64,000 nt of DNA from a virus (IMGVR_UViG_3300047558_000077:32001-96000), one strand, 5' to 3'; positions 40,078-48,029 are shown, numbered from the stretch's first letter. Program-made: numbers and translations. The notes: generated by a model not told the origin, from the sequence alone.

Positions 40078-41145
40078 ATGTCAGACATTTTCAATAAACT
40101 ATTAGCAGAAACAAATAACGAATACGCAGGCATCGTGGACGATGGTGTAGCGGCAGGCGATGTGTCAGGTTTCATTGGCACAGGATCATATGCTATGAAT
40201 GCTTTGCTTTCAGGTTCAATCTATGGAGGTCTACCGCAGAACAAGGTTACAGCATTTGCCGGTGAGCCTTCTGTTGGTAAGACCTTTTATGCGTTGAATG
40301 TGGTGAAACAGTTTCTAGAAGATAATGCAGATGGCTTTGTATTTTACTTTGAGTCAGAGTCCGCTATTTCCAAGCAGTTCATTACTGATCGTGGCATTGA
40401 CGCAAGGCGTGTTGGCATTGTTCCTGTGGCTACGGTGCAGGAGTTTAGAACGCAAGCGGTAAAGATCCTAGATAGATATCTAGAAGGCAAAGATAAGCCA
40501 CCGATGTTGTTTGTTCTCGATTCTCTTGGCAATCTTTCTACAGATAAAGAAATGCAAGACATTGCCGATGGTAAAGACACAAGAGACATGACACGAGCCC
40601 AGTTGGTTCGTGGTGCCTTTCGTGTTCTTACATTGAAACTTGGTAAGGCTAAAGTTCCACTAATCGTCACCAATCACGTTTATGACGTTGTTGGTGCATA
40701 TGTTCCAATGAAGAAGATGGGTGGTGGTTCTGGTCTAGAGTATGCTGCATCAACAATCATCTTCCTATCAAAGAAGAAAGACAAGACACTAGACGACGAT
40801 AACGGTCGCACCGGTGCCGTAATCACCGCACATCTCAAGAAGTCTCGTATGACTATTGAAGATAAGAAGGTTGAGACATGGCTAAATTATACATCAGGAC
40901 TTGATAGATATTATGGTTTGCTAGATTTGGCAGAACGATATGGTATCGTCAATAAGGTATCAACTCGATATGAGTTTCCTGATGGACGTAAAGCATTTGA
41001 AAAAGAAATCAAAAAGAACCCAGAAAAGTTCTTTACAAAAGAGATTTTAGATGCTATAAATGAAGGGTGTCAATCAGACTTCATGTATGGAAAGTATAAT
41101 GAAACGGAAGAGGTTGAGGAGGTAGAAGATGGAAGCGGCGACTGA
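40078..41145 (+). CDS. uvsX: RecA-like recombinase
   Basis: [28 protein letters not shown]. Confidence 0.95.
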   Translation: MSDIFNKLLAETNNEYAGIVDDGVAAGDVSGFIGTGSYAMNALLSGSIYGGLPQNKVTAFAGEPSVGKTFYALNVVKQFLEDNADGFVFYFESESAISKQFITDRGIDARRVGIVPVATVQEFRTQAVKILDRYLEGKDKPPMLFVLDSLGNLSTDKEMQDIADGKDTRDMTRAQLVRGAFRVLTLKLGKAKVPLIVTNHVYDVVGAYVPMKKMGGGSGLEYAASTIIFLSKKKDKTLDDDNGRTGAVITAHLKKSRMTIEDKKVETWLNYTSGLDRYYGLLDLAERYGIVNKVSTRYEFPDGRKAFEKEIKKNPEKFFTKEILDAINEGCQSDFMYGKYNETEEVEEVEDGSGD

Positions 41146-41500
41146 TTACGTTTTTAGAGATGACTTGTTTGATGCCAAAGAAGCCGGCTCAACAGTTCCT
41201 ATTGAGCTAAAGATTGAACCGTTTGTTGGTGTCGTATATCGATATACAACAGTTACTTTCAAGGTGGGCGAGGATGATATTCCTCGCCTACAATATGATT
41301 ACGAGATTATCAAAACAAATGATTTGTCTATGGTGACTTTACGAAAGAACCAAAAGTTCAATCACACCTTAGGACTTATACTAAATGCTATGTTGCTAGA
41401 TTTGGGAGATGCTGAAACGAATGAGATTGGAACAAATAATCCTCAAGAATCTGATACAGAAGGAAGACTTCACGAGGAAGGTTCTTCCATTCCTTCGTGA
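41129..41500 (+). CDS. gp40-like head vertex assembly chaperone
   Basis: Position between uvsX and gp41; [15 protein letters not shown]. Confidence 0.55.
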   Translation: MEAATDYVFRDDLFDAKEAGSTVPIELKIEPFVGVVYRYTTVTFKVGEDDIPRLQYDYEIIKTNDLSMVTLRKNQKFNHTLGLILNAMLLDLGDAETNEIGTNNPQESDTEGRLHEEGSSIPS

Positions 41501-42800
41501 GGATTATTTCTCTAATCAGGAAGATCGGCTGCTTTTCAAAGAAGTTGCCGACTTCATCCTCAAGTATAATCAGCAACCAACCTTTGATGCTCTTTCTATT
41601 GAGATTGATAACATTCGTGGTGGTACCGATGATACCATCAAGAGTATTCAGGAAACTCTCAAAGAACTAAAGAAAGATGAGGAGTCAACAAACGAGCAAT
41701 GGCTTGTTGATTCCACAGAAAAGTTCTGTCAAGAGAAAGCAATCTATAACGCTATCACACAATCATTGGAGATTATGAATGGACGAGGGAAACTCTCTAA
41801 GGGCGCTATACCTTCTCTGTTGTCTGATGCTTTGGCTATATCTTTTGATCCGAATGTTGGTCACGATTATCTAGAACAAACGAATGAACGATATGAGCAT
41901 TATCACCGTGTTGAAGAACGCCTTAGATTTGACCTTGATTTCTTTAACAAGATTACAAAGAATGGAGTTCCGAGAAAAACTCTTAATGTCGTTATGGGTG
42001 GTGTCGGTGGTGGTAAATCTCTTACTCTTTGTCATTTTTCTTCTAGTTATCTTACCATGGGCAAGAATGTTCTTTATATCACACTAGAACTAGCCGAAGA
42101 AGAAGTTGCCAAGCGTATTGATGCTAATCTAATGAACATTACGTTTGATGATCTAATGGCTTTGCCGAAAGATTTGTATGATAAGAAGATTGCCAATCTA
42201 AAGCAGAAGACAAATGGTAAACTTATCATCAAAGAGTATGCCACTGCAACAGCATCAACTATTCATTTTCGTTCCCTGTTAAACGAACTAAACCTCAAGA
42301 AAGGATTCGTACCAGATGTTATCATGGTCGACTATCTCAATATTTGTGCGTCATCCCGTATCAAGCCTGGTAATGGTGTTAATAGTTATACCTACGTTAA
42401 AGCGATTGCCGAAGAACTTCGAGGTCTAGCAGTCGAGTTCAATGTGCCAATCTGGTCAGCAACACAGTTGACCCGAAGTGGTTACACATCTACCGATCCA
42501 GGCATGGAAGATACATCTGAGTCCTTTGGTCTACCAGCAACGGCAGACTTCTTCGTGGCGCTTGTCGTAACGGAACAACTCTCACAGTTGAACCAGATTA
42601 TGGTAAAGCAGTTGAAGAACCGATACAACGATCCAGGAATCAACAAAAGATTTGTTATTGGTGTTGACAAAGCACGAATGAAGTTGTATGATGTTGAATC
42701 ATCGGCACAGGACTTGGCTGATTCAGGACAGGAAGAAGTTGCTCCAAAGCCAACATTCAACAAATCTAATACTAACAAGTTCAAGGGCTTAAAAGTATGA
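41421..42800 (+). CDS. gp41: Replicative DNA helicase
   Basis: GGVGGGKS, ITLE, VDYLNI, SATQLTR, SESFGLPATAD, KQLKNRY. Confidence 0.96.
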   Translation: MRLEQIILKNLIQKEDFTRKVLPFLREDYFSNQEDRLLFKEVADFILKYNQQPTFDALSIEIDNIRGGTDDTIKSIQETLKELKKDEESTNEQWLVDSTEKFCQEKAIYNAITQSLEIMNGRGKLSKGAIPSLLSDALAISFDPNVGHDYLEQTNERYEHYHRVEERLRFDLDFFNKITKNGVPRKTLNVVMGGVGGGKSLTLCHFSSSYLTMGKNVLYITLELAEEEVAKRIDANLMNITFDDLMALPKDLYDKKIANLKQKTNGKLIIKEYATATASTIHFRSLLNELNLKKGFVPDVIMVDYLNICASSRIKPGNGVNSYTYVKAIAEELRGLAVEFNVPIWSATQLTRSGYTSTDPGMEDTSESFGLPATADFFVALVVTEQLSQLNQIMVKQLKNRYNDPGINKRFVIGVDKARMKLYDVESSAQDLADSGQEEVAPKPTFNKSNTNKFKGLKV

Positions 42801-43041
42801 AAAAACTCTATACATATTATCCTGAGTTCAATAATAACGACGAACTTCTTTGGCTTGTGTTTGAGGAATCAACCAACAGTGTAGTCGCCGAGTTTTTCTT
42901 TGAAGATGACGCACAGGAATACGCTACCTTTCTAGACAACGGTGGTGGCTTTGCAGGATTCACTCCAAGATTTATCTTGACAAAGGTACCGAAACCAGAT
43001 ATAAATGAGGCATTCTTAGCAGAGTTTGCGGAATAGTTCCG

Positions 43042-43100
43042 AAAAAAGATAAAAAAATTCAAAAAAAGTGCTTGACATTCCGTTCCGGTGCCTATATACT
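43042..43100 (+). promoter_or_regulatory. Strong stable-RNA promoter with phased A-tracts
   Basis: A6/A7/A7 tracts ~10 bp apart, TTGACA 43072, 17 bp, TATACT 43095. Confidence 0.75.
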
Positions 43101-43118
43101 ACTTAGACAATAAAGATT

Positions 43119-43195
43119 GGTTCCATAGCTCAACAGGATAGAGCAACCGCCTTCTAAGCGGTAGGTTGAAGGTTCGAATCCTTCTGGGACCGCCA
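43119..43195 (+). tRNA. tRNA-Arg(TCT)
   Basis: Cloverleaf, CCA. Confidence 0.95.
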
Positions 43196-43200
43196 TTTAT

Positions 43201-43291
43201 GGGGGTGGGTGTAAGACACAAGAGGGACTTATAAACCCTTTAGCGGCCGATTACCGTTCTCGACCAGGAGCGTTACCTGGCACCCCTACCA
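43201..43291 (+). tRNA. Atypical tRNA-Ile(TAT)-like gene
   Basis: 7-bp acceptor plus ACCA, 3-nt D-loop, CTTATAA loop, long extra arm, T-loop AGCGTTA. Confidence 0.6.
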
Positions 43292-43306
43292 ACTTTGGAG
43301 TATGAC

Positions 43307-43453
43307 ATGGAAAACTTTGAACTGCTCTATCAGTGTTATCTATCTGGTCAAATGTCTGAAATGCAGTGGCAACTACATTTGAAGTGTGACGAAGGCCTAC
43401 AAGATTGGTATAAATGTAAACAGACTGCCTACTCTATAGAAGCGATAGAATAA
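43307..43453 (+). CDS. 48-aa hypothetical protein
   Basis: GGAG SD; MENFELLYQCYLSGQ... Confidence 0.5.
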   Translation: MENFELLYQCYLSGQMSEMQWQLHLKCDEGLQDWYKCKQTAYSIEAIE

Positions 43454-43455
43454 GG

Positions 43456-43750
43456 GTGCGTCATTCTATCGCAGTTTTTTGTGGTTGACTTCTGAATCCG
43501 TTTGGACTATATTACGTGAACGGTGGGACGAAACAGAGAGACAGGAACACGGTGCGACAACCTGACGCACTTTTTTCTGAAAAAAGTTCTTGACTTCCTG
43601 TTTTTGATGCTATATAGTATGCGAACGATGAAACGAAAGAGGGAAACAGGAAATCAGAGTGCGACGGAATGTCTCACTTTTTCCTAAAAAAAAGTTCTTG
43701 ACTTCCTGTTTGAGTCGTGTATAATACTCAAACGATGAAACAAGGAGACA
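43456..43750 (+). repeat. Three tandem ~100-bp units: palindrome + T-run + TTGACT promoter + short purine-rich transcript
   Basis: Units start 43456, 43552, 43659; -35 at 43485, 43590, 43698. Confidence 0.8.
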
Positions 43751-43754
43751 CGGA

Positions 43755-43940
43755 ATGAAAGATGAAGCCGTGAAACGAGACTATTTCTGGGTGGTAGAAG
43801 TTACCGATCATAATGGTCGTGTAAACTATCGCAAGGAATATCATAATAAAGATGGTTCGGCATTTCGTGATTATGCTCGGTTGAAAACGCAGGGTACCGT
43901 TTGTATCCAGCGTAAGTTCAAAGAGTATAAGATTGCCTAA
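43755..43940 (+). CDS. Small hypothetical protein
   Basis: AAGGAG SD, driven by the third promoter of the array. Confidence 0.6.
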   Translation: MKDEAVKRDYFWVVEVTDHNGRVNYRKEYHNKDGSAFRDYARLKTQGTVCIQRKFKEYKIA

Positions 43941-43977
43941 TCAACCGCTGTTTGACAATTGAATCAGGATTGTATAA

Positions 43978-44053
43978 GGTGCCGTGCCCGGAATGGTTAC
44001 GGGGCGGTCTGCAAAACCGTTTTATGTGGGTTCAACTCCCATCGGCACCTCCA
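43978..44053 (+). tRNA. tRNA-Cys(GCA)
   Basis: Cloverleaf, U73, CCA. Confidence 0.93.
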
Positions 44054-44193
44054 ATACTCTTAGAAAGATGTAGGCTCGTGCGGGCAAGGCGCCAATAAAA
44101 CTGATGCCCAAACCTTGTGTCACAATAGGTTCTGCTCTGGATTGCAACTATCAGAATGACTGACATAGTAAACCTACATCTCTCTAAGAGTAT
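44054..44193 (+). ncRNA. Unassigned structured RNA closed by a 20/21-bp stem
   Basis: ATACTCTTAGAAAGATGTAGG ... CCTACATCTCTCTAAGAGTAT. Confidence 0.6.
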
Positions 44194-44196
44194 TAT

Positions 44197-44275
44197 TCCG
44201 GAGAATCCGAGCAAGGTGCATGGACGTGACTGTTAATCACTGGTTAGTGGGGTTCGATTCCCCAATCCGGAGCCA
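44197..44275 (+). tRNA. tRNA-Asn(GTT)
   Basis: Cloverleaf, CCA. Confidence 0.9.
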
Positions 44276-44280
44276 ATTAC

Positions 44281-44355
44281 CGCCCCTTCGTCTAGTGGCT
44301 AGGATAACTGCCTTTCAAGCAGTAGAAACGGGATCGAAACCCGTAGGGGTGACCA
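44281..44355 (+). tRNA. tRNA-Glu(TTC)
   Basis: Cloverleaf, CCA. Confidence 0.9.
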
Positions 44356-44360
44356 ATAAT

Positions 44361-44436
44361 GGCCGTGTAGGTTTCTGGGGAAACCACTTGTCTGTCTAAC
44401 AAGTTTAGGTGGGTTCGATCCCCATCACGGTCGCCA
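44361..44436 (+). tRNA. tRNA-Asp(GTC)
   Basis: Cloverleaf, G73, CCA. Confidence 0.9.
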
Positions 44437-44450
44437 TTTGTATAGTATAT

Positions 44451-44526
44451 GGACCGTTAGCTCAGTTGGTAGAGCAGCCGACTCTTAATCGGCTTGTCGC
44501 AGGTTCGAACCCTGCACGGTCTACCA
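44451..44526 (+). tRNA. tRNA-Lys(CTT)
   Basis: Cloverleaf, CCA. Confidence 0.95.
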
Positions 44527-44531
44527 TTTAT

Positions 44532-44607
44532 GGATCCGTAGCACAATAGGTGGTGCAAGGGACTTTTAATCCCAAGGCTGTCGGTTCGAGCCCGACCGGA
44601 TCCTCCA
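44532..44607 (+). tRNA. tRNA-Lys(TTT)
   Basis: Cloverleaf, CCA. Confidence 0.92.
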
Positions 44608-44611
44608 ATAT

Positions 44612-44685
44612 GCGGCAGAAGTGTTACGGTAGCACAATAGGCTTCCACCCTGTTAGCGTGGGTTCGACTCCCACTTGCCGCTCCA
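44612..44685 (+). tRNA. tRNA-Gly(TCC)
   Basis: Cloverleaf, U73, CCA. Confidence 0.9.
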
Positions 44686-44689
44686 GTAT

Positions 44690-44781
44690 AGATACATCAT
44701 ATTCTGGACATATCGGAGCACCGAGGTCATATGTTATGTCGTCATTGACGGCGAGATTAGAGACTTCTGCATGATGTATCT
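44690..44781 (+). ncRNA. Unassigned structured RNA (11-bp closing stem, internal hairpins)
   Basis: AGATACATCAT ... ATGATGTATCT. Confidence 0.5.
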
Positions 44782-44788
44782 TTTTTAT

Positions 44789-44915
44789 AGATAAACTAGG
44801 TATCTCTTCGAGAGAGAAATAGGTGGGTAAAGAGTTGAAATACTCCATAGAGCCTCTAAGCAGATTGAAACGAGGTAGTCAACACTATGCAGTTTGATCC
44901 TGCACTAGTTTATCT
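44789..44915 (+). ncRNA. Unassigned structured RNA with a T-arm-like hairpin
   Basis: AGATAAACTAG ... CTAGTTTATCT; TGCAG-TTTGATC-CTGCA just before the 3' strand. Confidence 0.55.
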
Positions 44916-44922
44916 TTTTATT

Positions 44923-44996
44923 GCGGATGTAGTTTAATGGTAAAACGGTACCTTGCCAAGGTACAGTCGATGGTTCGATTCCATCCGTCCGCTCCA
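44923..44996 (+). tRNA. tRNA-Gly(GCC)
   Basis: Cloverleaf, CCA. Confidence 0.95.
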
Positions 44997-44999
44997 TTA

Positions 45000-45166
45000 C
45001 TCGTCCGAGGAGTTGGATACCTTGGGCTACCATATTACACGGGTGCGCTGTGTGGTATGGGTATAGGTGGCGGCAACCTAAACGTCCGTCTTAGCGCATC
45101 GTCTTATCCAGGCAAATCTGCCACAACGAAATAGTGGCTGGGAGATGGTAGTAACTCCCTGCGAGA
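45000..45166 (+). ncRNA. Unassigned GC-rich multi-stem RNA
   Basis: Nested pairings GGAGTT/AACTCC, CTACCAT/ATGGTAG, GGTGCGCT/AGCGCATC, GCCAC/GTGGC. Confidence 0.5.
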
Positions 45167-45171
45167 TTTAT

Positions 45172-45252
45172 CTCCACGTATCCACCTTCGCTACGAACGA
45201 AGAGTAAGGTAACTGGATGCAAATGCAGGTTCGAATCCTGTCGTGGAGTCCA
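45172..45252 (+). tRNA. Topologically rearranged tRNA-Arg(ACG)-like gene
   Basis: Acceptor CTCCACG/CGTGGAG-T-CCA, normal T-arm; anticodon arm nested inside the TCCA/TGGA D-stem. Confidence 0.65.
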
Positions 45253-45348
45253 GGTCGCTGGATTACTAATCGATGGTTCCTAGGCCTATCGAGGTGTGTA
45301 CCAGTAGTGGAAGCCCGTCACCACTATAAGAAAGCGTGGCTGCTATTC

Positions 45349-45423
45349 GCTGGTAGGTCGGCAAGATGTCGAGGCGCTCTCATAAGGCGTTTAAGGTTGG
45401 TTTAATTCCAACTATCAGCACCA
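45349..45423 (+). tRNA. tRNA-Met/Ile2(CAT)
   Basis: Cloverleaf, CCA. Confidence 0.8.
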
Positions 45424-45429
45424 GTTTAT

Positions 45430-45504
45430 TGCGGTCAGGTGGTCCGGAGACCATTCTTGTCTCATAAGCAAGAGAGCCATGTTCGACTCATGGGTCCGCA
45501 TCCA
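45430..45504 (+). tRNA. tRNA-Met(CAT)
   Basis: Cloverleaf with one U-U acceptor mismatch, CCA. Confidence 0.8.
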
Positions 45505-45565
45505 ATGTTGGTAAAGTGGTTCAGAGAACCGCATTTTACTAAATAAGGGTAGGAGGTACCTACCA

Positions 45566-45883
45566 ATGGTCGCAAGAAACAAATACGGTATAAAGAAAAC
45601 TAATGAAGAGGTATTTGTAGAAAACTCTACATATCCGAGACATAGGTTAAAAGAACGGATCATAAAAGAAGAAATGATCCCGTATGTGTGCCATGAATGT
45701 GGTATGGATGACAACTGGAACGGTAAGAAAATCGTTTTACAGTTAGACCATATAAATGGTGTGAATGATGATAATAGAATGAATAACCTTCAGTTCTTGT
45801 GTCCTAATTGTCATTCACAAACTCATACATACGCAGCAAAGAATAGACATAACTCTGCGAGAAAACCAAAGAGATATGTTTGA
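45566..45883 (+). mobile_element. HNH endonuclease inserted in the tRNA array
   Basis: CHEC, LQLDHING..DNRMNNLQFLCPNCH; late promoter 45538 and SD hairpin GGTAGG/CCTACC. Confidence 0.85.
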
Positions 45884-45884
45884 T

Positions 45885-45958
45885 GTTGGTGTAGTGTAAC
45901 GGTAGCACAACGGCCTCCAAACCCGTTAGTAGGGGTTCAAATCCTCTCACCTTCGCCA
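45885..45958 (+). tRNA. tRNA-Trp(CCA), acceptor with two U-U mismatches
   Basis: GTTGGTG/CACCTTC-G-CCA; CTCCAAA loop. Confidence 0.8.
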
Positions 45959-45965
45959 GTTTTAT

Positions 45966-46041
45966 CTAGGTGTAGCTCAATTGGCAGAGCATCCCGTTTG
46001 GGGCGGGAAGGCTGTTGGTTCAAGTCCAGCCACCTAGACCA
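45966..46041 (+). tRNA. tRNA-Pro(TGG)
   Basis: Cloverleaf, CCA. Confidence 0.94.
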
Positions 46042-46353
46042 TTTACGAAAGTGACATAGATATGGATACAGAATATCTAAAACGCCAAGCAATCTTTAGA
46101 CTTGTCGTGTTTTTTGTTATCGCTGTTGTAATAGGATTTATAGTGAGTGATATTAACATTCTAATGAGCCAATGAGGTATAACTATGTTTAAGATTACAG
46201 AAGAGACTAAAAAAGAAGCTGTTGATAAGATGATAGAAATTCTTTTATTTGAAAGAATTGATAATAGAGAAAAGTTTGAAGAAGCATTTGATGCTGCCGT
46301 CGCTATCGTAATGAAGCAGTTTGGTATTAGTATAGATGTATAACATATAATAT

Positions 46354-46444
46354 GGAGAGTTGGCTGAGTGGTCGAAAGCGGCCGTTTGCTAAATGGTTGA
46401 ACCCTAATACGGTTCCATAGGTTCGAATCCTATACTCTCCGCCA
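46354..46444 (+). tRNA. tRNA-Ser(GCT)
   Basis: Long variable arm, G73, CCA. Confidence 0.93.
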
Positions 46445-46448
46445 ATTC

Positions 46449-46537
46449 GGAGTAAGTAACAGGCAAGGAGTCTGCACCGCTTGGAAAGCGGATGGTTCCC
46501 GAAAGGGAATAGGTGTCGGATACCTACTACTCCGCCA
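46449..46537 (+). tRNA. tRNA-Ser(GGA), divergent
   Basis: Long variable arm, atypical T-loop, GCCA. Confidence 0.75.
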
Positions 46538-46544
46538 ATTCAAT

Positions 46545-46633
46545 GGATGGTTAAGCAGAGCGGCCTCTGTCCTCGCCTCGAAAGCGAAGGGTGCCTGTAA
46601 AGGCATGGTGATCGACACATCAGCCATCCGCCA
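46545..46633 (+). tRNA. tRNA-Ser(CGA)
   Basis: Long variable arm, GCCA. Confidence 0.8.
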
Positions 46634-46719
46634 ATTGTGCCTTCCATCAACGGCGTCCCCGTTAGGACACAGCAGGTTAGCCAGTCCCCTGTTGGAAGAA
46701 ATGTCTGGCACAGTTTTAT

Positions 46720-46794
46720 GCGGGCTTAGTTCAGAGGTAGAACATCGGTGTTACATACCGAGTGTCGGTGGTTCGATTCCATCAGCCCGCACCA
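46720..46794 (+). tRNA. tRNA-Val(TAC)
   Basis: Cloverleaf, CCA. Confidence 0.92.
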
Positions 46795-46799
46795 TTTAT

Positions 46800-46876
46800 G
46801 CCCCTCTAGCCCAACTGGTAGAGGTGTCTGACTTAGAATCAGAAGGTTCTCAGTTCGAATCTGAGGAGGGGCACCA
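46800..46876 (+). tRNA. tRNA-Leu(TAG), short variable loop
   Basis: Cloverleaf, A73, CCA. Confidence 0.9.
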
Positions 46877-46880
46877 ATTT

Positions 46881-46956
46881 GCGTTCTTGGTGTAGGTGAT
46901 CCGCACGCCTGTTTGAAGCACAGAAGGACTTAGTTTGATTCTAAGAGAACGCACCA
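46881..46956 (+). tRNA. tRNA-Phe(GAA)
   Basis: Cloverleaf, CCA. Confidence 0.82.
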
Positions 46957-46961
46957 GTTAT

Positions 46962-47038
46962 GCCCTCGTAGCCCAATCGGCAGAGGCAGTTGGCTCAAAC
47001 CCAATACAGTGTCGGTTCGAATCCGACCGAGGGCACCA
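46962..47038 (+). tRNA. tRNA-Leu(CAA), short variable loop
   Basis: Cloverleaf, A73, CCA. Confidence 0.9.
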
Positions 47039-47044
47039 ATATAT

Positions 47045-47118
47045 GCTGGCATAGTGTAAAGGTAGCACACGAGATTGTGGATCTTGTAGACTAGGATCGT
47101 TACCTGGTGCCAGTACCA
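47045..47118 (+). tRNA. tRNA-His(GTG), no G-1, G1:U72, A73
   Basis: Cloverleaf, preceded by T, ends T-A-CCA. Confidence 0.88.
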
Positions 47119-47126
47119 GGGCGGCC

Positions 47127-47201
47127 GCTGCCGTAGCTCAGTGATAGAGCATTCCCTTGGTAAGGGAAAGGTCGAAGGTTTGATTCCTTCCGGCAGCACC
47201 A
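47127..47201 (+). tRNA. tRNA-Thr(GGT)
   Basis: Cloverleaf, CCA. Confidence 0.92.
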
Positions 47202-47450
47202 TAAATATAATGTTGAACGATCAAGTTCGCATAGGAGTCTTTTAGATGATCGTCATTTCAGACAAGGCCAATAGTAAAGTAATAATTTCAGAAGAAGTCA
47301 ATAGAGAACTTAGTCAGCTTGTGATGACCACACTAAAGACAAAGTTTCCGAATATTGATGAAACAACTCTAACAGATATCATGACAACGCAGAGAGATAT
47401 TTACATCGACTTTCTAAATGAAAGATATAATACGGTAGAACAATGGAACA

Positions 47451-48029
47451 ATGAGAAGACAATACTCTGGTAACATATTAAACTTATGTGATCGACTAAA
47501 AGTAAGAATATATGATTTAGTAGGTTATGATAGCAAAAACAATCCAGAAGGTTGTTTGACAGGATACACCACAGCACACTTCAATAATCCTGTAGGCCGT
47601 AGATTGGATAAGTTGCCGGAGTTTAAAGAACCTTTAGATTTTGTTTTGAATACAGCAAAAGATTATGCCGTTGAAAACGGCTTAGACAAAGATCATCTAA
47701 CGACTGTCATGTGTTGGGTAAATGTCTATCCTCCTGGAACATTCATTAGTGCCCATAAACATATAACATTCGATAATCTGTTTACGTCCGTATTTTACTT
47801 ACAGAGTAAAGAAGACTCTGGGCAATTATATGTTGCCGACGATCCTAATCCAAAGAATATAAAGCAAGGTGAAGTGTATATTTTTCCTTCCAATATAGAT
47901 CATTGGACAACACCAAATGAAAGTGTTCAGGATAGAATAGTTTTCGGATGTGACTTTGTTTACTATCATATAGACGACCAAACAGTGGATAGAATCCTAT
48001 CTAACTGGCTTGACCGAAAAAAGACTTGA
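47451..48029 (+). CDS. Putative 2OG-Fe(II) oxygenase
   Basis: WVNVY, HKH, SVFYL, IFPSNIDH, RIVF. Confidence 0.75.
   Translation: MRRQYSGNILNLCDRLKVRIYDLVGYDSKNNPEGCLTGYTTAHFNNPVGRRLDKLPEFKEPLDFVLNTAKDYAVENGLDKDHLTTVMCWVNVYPPGTFISAHKHITFDNLFTSVFYLQSKEDSGQLYVADDPNPKNIKQGEVYIFPSNIDHWTTPNESVQDRIVFGCDFVYYHIDDQTVDRILSNWLDRKKT

Noticed and set aside
35733-42800. Inteins in gp43, UvsX or gp41
   Set aside because: Normal lengths and no intein terminal motifs
43201-43291. Selenocysteine tRNA
   Set aside because: Anticodon is TAT, not TCA, and the acceptor stem is 7 bp
43456-43750. CRISPR or mini-CRISPR array
   Set aside because: Repeats are degenerate and contain promoter boxes, the 'spacers' resemble each other, and no cas genes are present
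44054-44193. Hammerhead ribozyme
   Set aside because: CTGATG is not followed by A and there is no correctly placed GAAA core
45253-45345. tRNA-associated HDV-like (theta) ribozyme
   Set aside because: It starts with G right after CCA, but I could not build the P1/P1.1/P2/P3 nested double pseudoknot
46800-46876. Amber suppressor tRNA or stop-codon recoding
   Set aside because: Anticodon TAG reads CUA (Leu); core genes are full length in the standard code and TAG ends regA normally
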